Source of the DNA: Podarcis liolepis
Lineage: Eukaryota
DNA: 64,000 nucleotides
Reading direction: 5' to 3' (one strand)
Assembly: GCA_965112155.1 (NCBI GenBank)
Contig: OZ218103.1
Shown here: piece by piece, positions 48,601-60,500 of the stretch
How positions within the stretch are numbered: the first letter of the stretch is position 1
Layout of the letters: every line of letters starts with the position of its first letter
Position numbers and translations under genes: made by a program
The notes under the pieces: generated by a model
The model's input: the letters and a program-made list of their open reading frames with translations, nothing else
What the model was told of the DNA's origin: nothing
Databases searched by the model: none

Positions 48601-51576
48601 TGAATCCCACACATAGCTTGCCACACACATGTCTGTTTTACCATGATCACCAAGTAGAGGAGGCGCCAGTGGTGGCCTACTTCTGTCAGGCATATGCACA
48701 TTAACAAAGTCGATGTGCATTCATTTATCAGCAAGCTACATGCAGGATATGTGGCCTTGTAGGTAAGACATTTTGTCATGTATGAAACTGGCTTTGGAGT
48801 TACTTTTTCTGCAGGAGTGATATTATAGCCATAGAGCAACAGACATACCAACTTGAAGCTCACTGACCCAACTCCATGATATAGGACAAACAGGGGCAAC
48901 AAATGCATAATTTTTTGAAGTTGGCTCAGTCTGAAAAATCAGGAATCTCATCATCACAGCTCTATTGTATCTTCAGCACGGGGTCATTTTTTCCGTATAT
49001 ATTCAGACTCCTATGGTGAATTGAATTGAATGAGTCATGTTGGAGAACTGACATGTGAGTACTATTATGACCAGAGGTGATGTGAAAGATGTTTTGTAAG
49101 ATTCAAAGTGGGCATTAGACTGCAAAAGTCAGAGTGACCTAGGTTACTAACATCCAAATCCAGTTCATCCTGGCCTGGAAATTGGGAAAAGGGTGCTTTC
49201 GTCAAGTGAATCAAGAAATGGGTGACTCTTCAAGAGGAAGTTAAGTTATAATAATTTTTGCAACAATTCTGCAAATATAAGGAACTTGCGATCTAGTTAG
49301 TATTGCACAGGCAGACATGAATTTGGGACATTTTAAGTGCTGGACTTCACAGCCTCAATAACACTTAATGAAGAGAAGATGTTTCCCTACATCACAGTGA
49401 GCAACAATGTGATAACTTTAACACTTTCCCAGATTATCTAGTATAGCCTCAAACTCTCCCCTGTCGAAGTAGAGCGCTTGTCACCGATATACCCTGAAGC
49501 ACTTTTTGTACGTTTGAATAGCTCTAACATATTGATGCACTGTTTGTGTATCTGAAGAGCTCTAATCTCTCTCTAATTCCTGCCCTTAAAGTCTTTCCCA
49601 TGCACACGCATCTCATGATACTGCCAGGGGCCCTTGTAGTACGTTGCTGCTCTTTGGTAGAAACAATATTATCAGTTTGCCTTTTGGATCCTGCAGCAGT
49701 TTTGCCTGCCCTCGTGTGGCTGACGTTACTGTGATCTGCTCTTTACAGTTGGCTGCTGCATTTTCGCTTTCTTCGTGGGGCTGATCTTTGTGCAACGCTC
49801 AGGCAACTACTTTGTCAACATGTTTGATGATTACTCTGCAACGCTGCCACTCACCCTCGTAGTCATCCTGGAAAACATTGCGGTGGCTTGGATTTACGGC
49901 ACCAAGAAGTAAGCATTTATTTCCAGGAGGGTTAGCCTGTTCATATTCCTACAGGCTTGTCTGAATTCCTAAGCATTTGGCTTTGAATGCTTTGCCCCTC
50001 TTACCACTACAATGGGTTTCATTGTTCTTGAAGCACTCAGGCTTCTTGATGCTTCTTTGGACTTCTGGCCCCACCAGAGTTCCCATCCAAATCTCTCCAT
50101 CCAAATCAAGGGGAAGTAAAGAGCAAGGAACCTTGTGCTTCAACATCTGTTTGCTTTCTTCCTTTCTTCTTCCTAGATTCATGCAGGAATTAACAGAGAT
50201 GCTGGGTTTCCGCCCTTACCGGTTTTACTTCTACACATGGAAGTACATCTCGCCCATTTGCATGGCTGGCCTGATGACAGCCAGTGTGATCCAGCTAGCT
50301 GTCAGTCCTCCAGGTTATAATGCCTGGATCCGAGAAGAGGTGAGTTGGCAAATAAAAGTGCACCCCCCAAAGGCTACAAATCCGCAGGCTGTGTACCAAT
50401 TGGCAACCAACCCACATACTATACAGTAAAGCCACAGGGTCCTCGCTGCAAATGGCTGTGATCATTTGTGCAATTGTTAGGCCAGCGTCCGCCTGGAGGC
50501 CAGAGAGGCCTCATCCTTATACCAGAGTACCTTGCATTTCCTCCTGCTTCCAGAGCTGTGGCCACGGAGGTTGCAGATACACCATAAAACCCAACTAGCC
50601 AATATCCTGCTGGAGATGATTCCAGACAGAGCTGGCATGGATTTCTGGTCACCCTTCCAAGGAATTGGGAGTGAGAGGCTATCTTAGCCATGTAGAGTGA
50701 CAGTGGTTGAAATCCCAGTGTTGCAAATGCTCCCTTGCTTTTTAGGGTAGTCCAAGGTTAAGGAGCAGTATTTCAAGGTATGGAATCTGAACATTCATGT
50801 AAACGTTTATTTGTTCTGCAGGAAAATTGTTGGTCCAGCTTTGTGTAACTATGGGAAGCTACTGCCTCTTTATTAGCATTTTATTTAAGTGGGGGTTGCC
50901 ACCTGCAAGAGCAAAATGTTCTAATGCAGTGTGCTCTTGAGAGATTAACCCTTTGGCAGGTGTTTCAGGGTGCGTATGCAGAAAAGGGAACAGAGGAGTG
51001 AGAAAGACCTTTTGGCAAAAATCCTTTGCATGTATAAGATTTTCCCCTTGCAGTACATGCTGGCCCTTCTCTTGGAGATGGGAATACAAGCAGCATACTT
51101 TACTTGCCTTGCTGCCACAGAAATAGCAACTTGATCACTTCAAGGACCTCACTTGTGTCGAGGCTGATGAATGCCAACTGCCAACTGCGTTTTCCCTTCT
51201 CTTCCAGGCAGCAGAGAAATATCTCTATTACCCCAAATGGGCAATGGGCATCCTTGTCTCACTGATCATCCTGGCCACCCTTCCTCTGCCGGTCGTCTTC
51301 ATCCTCCGCCAGTTTCACCTAGTGTCAGATGGTTCCAATGCTCTTTCTGTCACTTACAAGAAGGGGCGTATAATGAAGGACATCTCCAACTTAGAAGACA
51401 ATGATGAGACACGTTTCATCTTGAGTAAAGTACCCAGTGAAACCCCTTCCCCAATGCCTACACATCGTTCTTATCTAGGCCCCGGGAGCACATCCCCAAT
51501 GGAGATGAGCAGCGTTGCCAATGGACGCTACAGTAGCGGGTACCTTACGGCTACCACTCCCGAATCTGAACTGTGA
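36825..51576 (+). CDS. SLC6A17: SLC6A17 (NTT4/XT1) sodium-dependent neutral amino acid transporter; join(36825..37104,40503..40660,41497..41623,42362..42543,43734..43844,45263..45504,46103..46295,47263..47455,49749..49908,50177..50339,51208..51576), 725 aa
   Basis: 11 GT-AG exons total 2178 nt in one frame. The N-terminus [33 protein letters not shown], the SLC6 signature [22 protein letters not shown] and the C-terminus ...[17 protein letters not shown]...TPESEL* match recalled SLC6A17; synteny supports it. Confidence 0.96.
37188..37357 (-). mobile_element. Degenerate squamate tRNA-derived SINE
   Basis: ctgactggtagtaaccctctaggtttcagacagg...catgtgctcaaccattaagctatagctttccc; same family as 26608 and 30085. 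Confidence 0.5.
39285..39667 (+). mobile_element. L2-type 3' remnant ending in an expanded (AAT)n microsatellite
   Basis: agagccctgagctgcttcgggaggaaaggtagatat followed by (AAT)~20 at 39603-39667. Confidence 0.55.
40503..40660 (+). CDS. SLC6A17: SLC6A17 coding exon
   Basis: [52 protein letters not shown]. Confidence 0.95.
41497..41623 (+). CDS. SLC6A17: SLC6A17 coding exon
   Basis: [42 protein letters not shown]. Confidence 0.95.
42362..42543 (+). CDS. SLC6A17: SLC6A17 coding exon
   Basis: [60 protein letters not shown]. Confidence 0.95.
42628..42748. mobile_element. Palindromic hAT MITE family copy
   Basis: cagggatgggaaacctgtggctctccagatg ... ctggagggccacagcttccccatcccag TIR pair. Confidence 0.75.
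43204..43558. mobile_element. Tc1/mariner (pogo/Tc2-like) non-autonomous element
   Basis: TA|ccgcattggcctgaatataagccgcac ... gtgcagtttatattcaggccaatatgg|TA; TA target duplication. Confidence 0.85.
43734..43844 (+). CDS. SLC6A17: SLC6A17 coding exon
   Basis: [37 protein letters not shown]. Confidence 0.95.
45263..45504 (+). CDS. SLC6A17: SLC6A17 coding exon
   Basis: [45 protein letters not shown]...[11 protein letters not shown]. Confidence 0.95.
45820..45985 (-). mobile_element. MIR/CORE-like SINE
   Basis: ttttatcctcacgacaaccttgttaggtagg...actcacccagtgaacttcatggctgagtggg...taaccactgcaccacactggctc. Confidence 0.7.
46103..46295 (+). CDS. SLC6A17: SLC6A17 coding exon
   Basis: [64 protein letters not shown] (missing from the ORF track). 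Confidence 0.93.
46770..46952 (+). mobile_element. Squamate tRNA-derived SINE
   Basis: gtagagc...gaagttcccaggtttattccccagcatctccagg...ctgagctagatggaccattggtctgacttggt..aagaaagactcctgtcttcct. Confidence 0.7.
47263..47455 (+). CDS. SLC6A17: SLC6A17 coding exon
   Basis: [64 protein letters not shown]. Confidence 0.95.
49749..49908 (+). CDS. SLC6A17: SLC6A17 coding exon
   Basis: [52 protein letters not shown] (missing from the ORF track). Confidence 0.94.
50177..50339 (+). CDS. SLC6A17: SLC6A17 coding exon
   Basis: [54 protein letters not shown]. Confidence 0.95.
51208..51576 (+). CDS. SLC6A17: SLC6A17 terminal coding exon
   Basis: [19 protein letters not shown]...[15 protein letters not shown]; class I PDZ-binding-type C-terminus (S-x-L). 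Confidence 0.95.
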   Translation, partial: AAEKYLYYPKWAMGILVSLIILATLPLPVVFILRQFHLVSDGSNALSVTYKKGRIMKDISNLEDNDETRFILSKVPSETPSPMPTHRSYLGPGSTSPMEMSSVANGRYSSGYLTATTPESEL

Positions 51577-53712
51577 CCGTCAACCAGCAACCTCCCTCTG
51601 TTTGCTGGGTAAAGGAGAGGAGGTCCAGGAGAAGGAACCTCTGCTTTAGAACCCCTTCCCAGAATTTACAGCAGACAGGGACTAGATGATGTCAAGAGAG
51701 GGTAGACGTGGGAAGGGGCCTTCTCCAGCTGAAATGCCAGATCCCTCCTCAGTGAATAATAGTAATAAGACATTGCAATAAATTTTTATGGGCATAAGGA
51801 AATTTTTAGCCAATTGGCATTGAAAAACACAAATTGCTCCTATATAAGAGGCTGGAAAAGGGGGATAAGTTAAGGCAACAGCCAAAGAAAAGAGCATCAT
51901 GTTTTCTGGATCTCTGTCCTTGTCCATCCCGTTCCTCTAGTTGGGAAAAGAGATATGCCTCATTCCACTGAGTATGTTTAACCACCACCGTTCATAGCAC
52001 AAGGAAGATCAATCCTCTTGGTATGGATTCTACCAGACCACCTGTGGTCTTACACTCTGATAATCTCCAAATAGCACATTCTTGGTCAACACTTCTTGCA
52101 AGTCTGGGCCAAGATATATTTTATGTAGGCAGCACATTACAATGCCTGGCGATGCCATCATGTGATACCTGCCACGTCATTGCTGATGTTGGATCAAAAA
52201 CAGTAAGGAACAATGGGATCTCGTTTCAGTGAAGTTTGCATTGGTATGCGTGCTAATGTTACTTGCAGTATTCTTTTATCAAACGTCTGCTCACGCAGTG
52301 GTGCAAATTCAGGTATGTGCCATGTGCATAGGCTAGAATCAGAAAACTGTTCCATCAATGTAAATTTTCTGGAATTTGTGGTGTCACTCCCGATATCTAC
52401 ATAACTCTGAGCTGGCTGTGACCTCAGCCATTTTATCAAATACACCATCTGACATAAACTTTTTCAGTAGCAGCCATACTCTGCAAGCACTGTGAGTGCA
52501 TGCCGGAGTCTTTTTGCTGTCAGTTTTGCGACATTAAAAGCACCTTTAAAAATAGTAATAATAATAATAAAGGTTCTTACTGAAGAGAGTGCGCAACATC
52601 TTTCAAGGTAGTCTAAGTGTGTTGGGTCTGTTGCATTTTCCATCAGATGGTGCAGTCATTGCCTTTTACTCTTGTGAATGTGGCTGTGCATGTGTCACAG
52701 TCATTTAGGATGCAGCTGATAACATTTTTAATGAATAGTGATTCAGCTCCATCCAACCTCTGGTTAGTCACATTCAGCTGGTGACTGAACCCTATCTTAA
52801 AAGTTTTCTGTTATTTTCATTTTAGTAACTAGGAGGTCATGCAGTTCCTGTGTGGGAGTACACACTTAATGGGGTTCTTTAAAAGAATGTTGCTCATATA
52901 TGCCACTGAATTTAAAAAAATCTCTTAAAGATCTTTCTTTCTTTCTTCATTTGCAGTTTGAGCACTCCCCTTTGCACAGTGAGTCTGTGGGAGCACACAT
53001 TTTGCCTGCTGGAGAACAGCAGAAGGGCACCGCTGCCACAAACCTGCCCCCAAAAAGTCAAAGTGCAACAGACTCTTGTGCTGTTGCATATGATATTTAT
53101 GCTGCCAATGGCTAAATGTGCAAAAGCTGCTTTAAGTGCTTTATGGTTAAGGTGATTTGAGAGCATATAGTCATGGTCACTGATCTGTAGAAAGATCCAT
53201 GGCCAAAAGTTATATTGCTTTCTCCTGCTGGAAGAGTATAAGATGAGGAAAATGGAACTCTGAGAATCTTTTCATGCTTGCTAACATGGGGGCAGCTTGT
53301 CTCATGAGCAGCTCTTTCGTGGCCTTAAGTTAGGGGACATGTCTGGCTCCAGAAGCGCATGCTTGCAGCAGATAGCAGTGTTGGTTCCAGTGACAGTTGA
53401 CTGATCCAACCAGCCGTGCTGTGAAAACCACTTTAAATGGATACCCACAGATACTATCTCCATGCATTCATTGCAACACAGCCTGACCTTACAATCCTGT
53501 GCTCAGGCATTTGGGAGTAGGGTTGAACAGATTGGTCTACTTCTCATCCATGTCAGCTTTTCATGTGTTTATTCATAAGTCAGTTCTACCCTGTTTCCAC
53601 ATTAATTTTCAGATTTCTTTTTTAAAAATCCATATGAAAATTAAATGTAAATGTAGATTGAAATACATACTTAAGAGTGGCTGGGGAGGCCCAGCCGGAT
53701 GGGTGGGGTAAT

Positions 53713-53776
<64 letters not shown>
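53713..53776. repeat. Compound (AAC)n(ATT)n microsatellite
   Basis: (AAC)10 directly followed by (ATT)11. Confidence 0.9.
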
Positions 53777-53779
<3 letters not shown>

Positions 53780-53952
53780 TCATAGTTCATCATAACATGA
53801 AAATTATATATTTATTTGGATTAAATACATATATATATCTACACATAAATATATTTCAAGTGTTTCAAAACATATTCAGTATGAAAATAACAATAATAGC
53901 TAAATGCTACAGCCCAGCTACTGTAATTTACAGTACAGTACTGTAATTTACA

Positions 53953-54318
53953 GGGACGCGGGTGGCGCTGTGGGTAAAAGCCTCAGCACCTAGGGCTTGC
54001 CGATCGAAAGGTCGGCGGTTCGAATCCCCGCGGCGGGGTGCGCTCCCGTTGCTCGGTCCCAGCGCCTGCCAACCTAGCAGTTCGAAAGCACCCCTGGGTG
54101 CAAGTAGATAAATAGGGACCGCTTTCTAGCGGGAAGGTAAAACGGCGTTTCCGTGTGCGGCTCTGGCTCGCCAGAGCAGCGATGTCACGCTGGCCACGTG
54201 ACCCGGAAGTGTCTCTGGACAGCGCTGGCCCCCGGCCTCTTGAGTGAGATGGGCGCACAACCCCAGAGTCTGGCAAGACTGGCCCGTACGGGCAGGGGTA
54301 CCTTTACCTTTACCTTTA
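53953..54318 (+). mobile_element. Full-length young Sauria SINE (Squam1, lacertid type)
   Basis: gggacgcgggtggcgctgtgggtaaa head, B box ggttcgaatccc, (ACCTTT)n tail, retained CpGs, TSD ctgtaatttaca on both sides. Confidence 0.93.
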
Positions 54319-55230
54319 CTGTAATTTACAGCTGGTGTAAATACTAAATTTATTGGGTATTATGTTACTCCTTTCCCTTTCTCTAGTTGCAGGACCCTTT
54401 CCCAGAACAGGCATCAGTAAGATCCCCATCCAGATGCAAAAGGCATGTTAAACAGAAAGAAAGAAAGTGAGGACTAACACTAAGTCAAGTTCTGCTGCAG
54501 AAAAAAACAATTGTGAATTATGAGTTCCATAGTCTTTTTTTAAAAAAACACCAACAGCAACCACATTTTGGTACATTTTTAGGCCAAGAAGTGAATTGTA
54601 AAATTAGGAGAAGTGTGAAATCCAAAGCATAATTACATTTCAATCCATGTATTAGTCTGGGAGGTGTGAATGAGATCAGTTCACTTAAAATGCAGACTAA
54701 ACCAAATTCTTCTCCATCCCTACCTTGGTGTAAGCACCACTGAACATAGTGGGAATTCTGAGAAAAAATGCACAGGCTTGCACTTGTAGTGGGAATTTCT
54801 CCCCACATCACTTTCAGCTCTCCCCACCCCCTCCAATCAAAGAGGCTTGTTGTAGCTCAGGAAACCCCCCAGACCTGGCTGTTCTGTGTTGTGGGCCTTG
54901 CTGCACTGGGGCAGTTGCCATGGCAAACAATTCTGTGTTACCTGACCAGAGCACCTGCTGTCTTTTGCCATTAGCAGTAGCTACTCTCCGCAGAGTCTCA
55001 GCTTGCGAAAACTTTTCAGCACTTCTTAGACTCCCAGGACCTAGAGTACAAAAAAAAATATAGGAAGACATTTAGTGAGGTGGCAATCCATCCTAGGTCC
55101 TGTTGGAACCGAAGGGAATTCATCATATCAGATGGAAAGCTCCTTGTGTCCTGCTTTGTTTTTGCCTCTTCTTCGGCATGCAAAATCTCCCTGCTACTCT
55201 TTCCCCACTCTCTGCTTTACCCTCTTAAGG

Positions 55231-55377
55231 CAGGAGTAACCAACGTGCTGTCGTCCAGGTGTAGCTGCACTCCAACCCCCTCCAGCTCCACTCAGCATGG
55301 CATGGCCAATGGTCCAGGAAAATGGGAGTTGTAGTCCAGCAACACCTTAAGGGCATGCCTCCAGATGCCGATCCCTG
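55231..55377. mobile_element. Degenerate palindromic hAT MITE family copy
   Basis: caggagtaaccaac...tccaggtgtagctgcactccaac...atgggagttgtagtccagcaacac...atccctg. Confidence 0.6.
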
Positions 55378-56089
55378 CTATCGTTCTTCTGATTCAATTC
55401 ACCGGAAGCCTCTTGCAGCCTCCTTGAATAAATTCCACTCTGTATTATTTGTTTAGTCCCTGTAGAATTTCTCTTGAGTTGCTTCATGCAGACTCTGGGC
55501 CTCTGGGGAGCTTAGCTGCTTTGGAAACCAATCCCTTTGCCTGACAATATTTTTTAATAGATGCATCTCTGAACCCCCTAAGCAAAAATTAGCTGAACTC
55601 TACACGGCCCTTTGAAAGTGAGGAAATGGAGAGATTGTTAAGTCTGTTTCAGTGTGAGTCAGCAACAGAAGCAAGCGATGAAGCCTGGCTTCCCAACCCA
55701 ACCCTTTCCTCTCTTGCCTTTATCCCTTTAGCTTAATATAGCTGGAAAGGGTTAGGGTATCGTCTTTTTTTTTAAAAAAAGAAAACCCTACATTGAAGCA
55801 CACCAATAAATGTTAGTGTCTGTTTTGTATGGGAATGAAAAATGTCAAGGCTTATTCATTATGGAACAGCAGGTTGTGTTGTCAGGAAAATGCCAGGCAT
55901 GTGAAAAGGGAGCAGAACACCAGACTGTCTAAAATCCACATTCTCTCTGGTTCCTGAAACAAAGAGCTGCTTTACAGGGTTTACTGATTATTTGGTTTGC
56001 CTGTGCCATTGCATATGCATGCCAGTAGTTCATCACATTTTACACCTTGGCAAGACAATGGCCCTCTTTCTGGTCTCTGTTCTGATTTG

Positions 56090-56410
56090 GCTTCAATCTG
56101 GTTTGTTTTAGTTTGGTCTGCTTTTTAAAGCAGGAATATCTTGATTTGCACTTCCTAGATGAATACATAGATTTGGGTGCAGCCATCCTTTTGCACTTCT
56201 CTGAATTTTGTGATTTTTACACTCAAAATGTAAAAATACGTAAAATGCATATTTTAGGTTAGAATGTGTATGAAAATTTGTGCACTGTGAAAAAATACAT
56301 TTAAAAATGTTGATTTTTCTGTTTTTTTAAAAAAACCACTGATCGCTGCAAAAGCATAATGGAACAGACTTATGAATGAACACATGCAAAGCTGATCTAT
56401 CTATCCCTAG
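56090..56410 (-). mobile_element. AT-rich interspersed repeat (same family as 11345/20208/53518), reverse orientation
   Basis: atttgcacttcct..., cacttctctgaattttg, gaacagacttatgaatgaacacatg, and terminus ctatccctag mirror the other copies. Confidence 0.55.
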
Positions 56411-57371
56411 TGCCAGTGGGTGGCAGTGTTTTGCTATGTCCAACCTCAAGGTTGCTCCACACATTTGAGGCTCCCTTGTTTTCTCTGTACAGTTTTGCAT
56501 GCAGGTACACGGCCAAAGGATGTGAATTAAGCAGTACGCAGTAGCACGTTTGCAGGATAAGTGCAGCACTTCCCCAGGCCCCACCCTGCAATTATGGGAA
56601 TTGTTCAAAGCCTCTTCATGTACTGCTGGTTTACACTAATATTTCCCCACCAGTGGTGTGATCCTGTGAAGAAAACACGTGGAGACCTTGAATATGTGAC
56701 ATGACCCAAAAGCATCTAAAATAGCAGGGAAGAAGGAATGGTGGTAACCTGTAAGGCACAGTGTGCTTTTTTTACCTAATGACAGCCTGGCACACTCTTT
56801 TGGAGATCATGACAGACTGCCAGCTCTGTGTTGCTTTTTCTTTAATCCTAAACACATTGCTAAGGAAATAAGCCCCATCAATTCCAATGATACTCCTTTC
56901 CACCATCAGAATACTGGTTGCAAAGGTGTAAGGAATGCCTATTGCAGGACTTGGATTACACAAATTGCAAAGGGTTCAGAGGAGACCCAACCCATTACCT
57001 TTTGTGATGGTTGCTGTTTATAGAAGGTGTGGGTGTGGTTTGACTAAAATTGAGGAGCATGTCAATATAATTGATTTGATCAAGGCTCGGCAGAGACTTG
57101 TCCCGACACCATCTTCGTCAGTCAGAAGCAGAGAATAGATGAGCTTTGAATCTGAGCAATGAAATGGAACATTGTCCCCAACACAATGCCTATCTTGTGA
57201 TGGGATTTTGAGGCCTTATGTTTTGGGTTGAAGACGAGGTTTTGGCCTTCCACTTACTGTGTGGTGGTGGCAACTTTGGAGTTGTGACAAAGGAGAGATG
57301 TAGCTGAAAGAATTGCAATCTAGAAGTTTCCTTCTTTTGTGTTTCTTCCTTTTGTGTGTCTTTCTCTGGCC

Positions 57372-57556
57372 CCTCGTTGGCATCCATCTGACTTGAGAGG
57401 CAATGAAAGAGCGCACCATTATGGGTAAAGCCAAACCGTTGGAGGGTTACAGCACCTGCTGTGGCTGTACAGATATGAGAGAGACTTGTTTTATTGCAGC
57501 TAGGGCAGATGAAGGCATCCAATTTCGCTGTTGCAGATGCACCATGGCGTTTCCTT
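57372..57556 (-). mobile_element. RTE-clade LINE 3' end remnant
   Basis: Minus-strand RHGASATAKLDAFICPSCNKTSLS..(L)YSHSRCC, a zinc-finger-like C-terminus, plus a tctcaagtcagatggatgccaacg 3' end. Confidence 0.6.
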
Positions 57557-60500
57557 GTTTCCTACCTTACAAATATGGTTAATTGAGCTCAGGAGGTGGC
57601 TACTGTAGCCTAGTGGGGAACTATGGAAATCAGCTTCAGAAGGTCTGCTGATGAGCTGTTACATAATTAGCCCCCATAGGAAGTCCATTACTAGTTCCAT
57701 TGTTCTCTTTCCCAGCCTATGCTCTTTCTTCCTCTTCTTCCAATGTTATCTCCTTTAGAGTGGAAGTTGCTAGGGACTTGCAAACCTCTTCATCTATATG
57801 TATTTCTGTTGCTGTGCATTCTCAGCTTATGCACATTGGCACATTATTTTCCAAGTTCCATAGGACTAGAACCAATGTAAAGCAGTGCACCTGGAGTGAG
57901 TAGTTCGGATGCTCAGGTGAAGCAGATCTGTGCCATGTTGCTATGGATCTTGGCCACCATTTGAGTGGGCCATGCCTCTGGTTCTGAGGTGGGTCCATTG
58001 CATTTCCTTCTCTTATCCTGTGGCATAATGCCAGCAGCAATGGGAAGAAAAAGAAACACTATAGTATATGTGTGTATATATAGAGAGTAACCTATAGTTT
58101 CTATTTCTATTGTATATTTATTCTGTAAATGTTGGTGTAAATTCTGTTAAATGACAAAGCATATTCCAAAGTGATCCGTGAACTATTTTCATTCTCAGTG
58201 CTGTACAGATCTATTTTACTGTATATTTGATATATTTATAATTTTTTAGTGTACGACTGGTGACCACACCCTGCTGAGCTGCCCACTTGGGGGGTGGGGT
58301 GGGTGGGGAGAGCACAGAAGGGCACTGCCTTCATTCTTTCTGTGGAAATATAACAGTATTACATTGTGGCATTTTGCTAGGCATTAGAATTGGGGAAGTG
58401 GTGGGATTAAATGTTTAGATGCCTTGAGCAGTTGCTCCATTGAGTCTCCTTGTGTTAGGGCTTGTAACTGCTGTTGTGTGTGTGTGTGTGTTTTATTAGG
58501 GTTAGCTCTATCTATAACGCAGTCACTTTCAAAGCCATTCCATAGCTTTACGTTATGATGGATGTTCTCAGTAGATGACCATGCCTTGAGGGTGTCCGAA
58601 ATTTATGGCTCATTCCTGTCAGGGATAAAACAGGCACACTACATGCTTTTGTGACCATGCCCAGGCTATATTTCATAATTACAAGAATGAGCCAGAAATT
58701 ATGATCACTGTTGAACTGAAGTACAGAAATGGGTGGTGTTAGATGGGGCGCTTCTGAAGTCAAATTTGACCTTCCTCTTTAGTGTGGGGAGGGCCAAGTG
58801 GCCTTTATATAGATATACATACCTGTTGTTTGCATGACCCAACTTTGCAAAAATCGTAGCCATCATATGATGACGGATCAGTTGAGAATATTCTCAGAAA
58901 AAATAATAATCCTGATCTGCCATTGAGCTGCCCCCTTTAGTTGATACCTGATCCGACCACTTAGGATATCTAGTTTCTTATAGCACACACTACAACTTCC
59001 AGAAAGCACAAAAGCCCAGATGGGAAAAAGCAATATTCCAGTGGCCCCTCCATTCAATGCCCCTATCTGGAATGTATCCCATAGTTCTAGTATTTTCACT
59101 CTAAGTACTCAGGAGCTATTGAGTGAATCCACTTGGTAGGGGTCCTTTTCTTTTACACATTCATTCTATGTATCCTGATCCTTCAGGCACAATCAGGTCA
59201 TACCAGGTTTCTGCCTTTTGGTGTAGCCACATAAATACTGAAGTTGCTGAAATGTTTACCCTATGGAGGAATGCCAGTCATACCCAGCACAATAGTTTTA
59301 TATGTTTAACTTGGCTAGCAGCCTCCAGACAATAGCACAGGCAACAGAGGAAATTTACATTCCAATCCAGAAAATGAAGTCTCTGTGTAGTACCAAGTTC
59401 CACATGCAGGTCTAATTCTTTGGATCAAGATCTGTGGGCATGAACTGGCTGCATCCAAATGTGAGTGCCATCAGTTTGTGCTGCGTTGCTTTTGGTTTGA
59501 TACAGATCCAGGTGTGCATCCCCACCTGCAATGCAAATCAGTCAGATCAGAGCTGGATGGACTTCAGACACCCTCATTGTTTGATAGTATATGCCTTTTT
59601 ATCTTGTCACGAGAAGGGCTTGAAGCCAAAGCCTTCCGATTTTAACCACAGCACCTCTGTTGCTTTAGAGTGGAACAGGTGAGCTTTTAAGAGTACAGGG
59701 AATGTAGTTGCCGATGAAATCTGAAAGCATAGATCCATAATTATGGCTGGTTTCATTATGTGGATGGAGTAAATAGTCTTATATTAACAGTCCAGTCCTA
59801 TGCAGAGTTAAATGTGCTTGGTTTTGCATAGGTTCAACCTGCACATTGACCACATGGGGGGTTCATCCTGTAGCAATGACAAATTGAGTAGACTTGGCCA
59901 CATCAGAAAAGATCCCAATGTTCTTAGTCCTTGGGTTTCATCCACTGGAGCTTGGCTGAGCTCATCAGTGTTTTCTACCTTAAATTACCTACACCTGGCA
60001 TTCCAGGAGTTGAGGGAAATGCTAATCATTTACCCAATAAGGCTGCTCTGGATTAACTTTACTCTTACCAGCTGATAGTTTTCACATTGCCTCAAAACTG
60101 CTTAATAAACCTTGGCAACCCCATCCTCCATCACCTTTAGATCAAACTGCCTGTAACATAATGAGCTGCAGTTTTAATCAGATATTTAGCTAAAATAAAA
60201 TAAGGTAGCTGCTAATGCAACAGGGAATCAGGTTCCTGACCCTGCACTCTTAACCAATTGTCCCCCCTTTCCCCTGATCTCTTACAGGGGCAAGCTTTTT
60301 CTAAATGCTCAAATATTACTCAATCTTCTTGCTAGAGCCATGTCTTTTAGATTTTTAAAGTAGCAGTGGGTCCAACAGGTAGCCATGAGGGATGTCAGCA
60401 CAAGACAGGAACTCTGAATCCTTCACTCTGCTGTGAAAGGATTCTTACCTCCAGCTGTGGAGCATCTCCTTCACCGCAGCACAGTGGCATCACATTGGTG

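Noticed and set aside
53677-53946. ORF with poly-Asn/poly-Ile tract
   Set aside because: It is simply the translation of the (AAC)n(ATT)n microsatellite.
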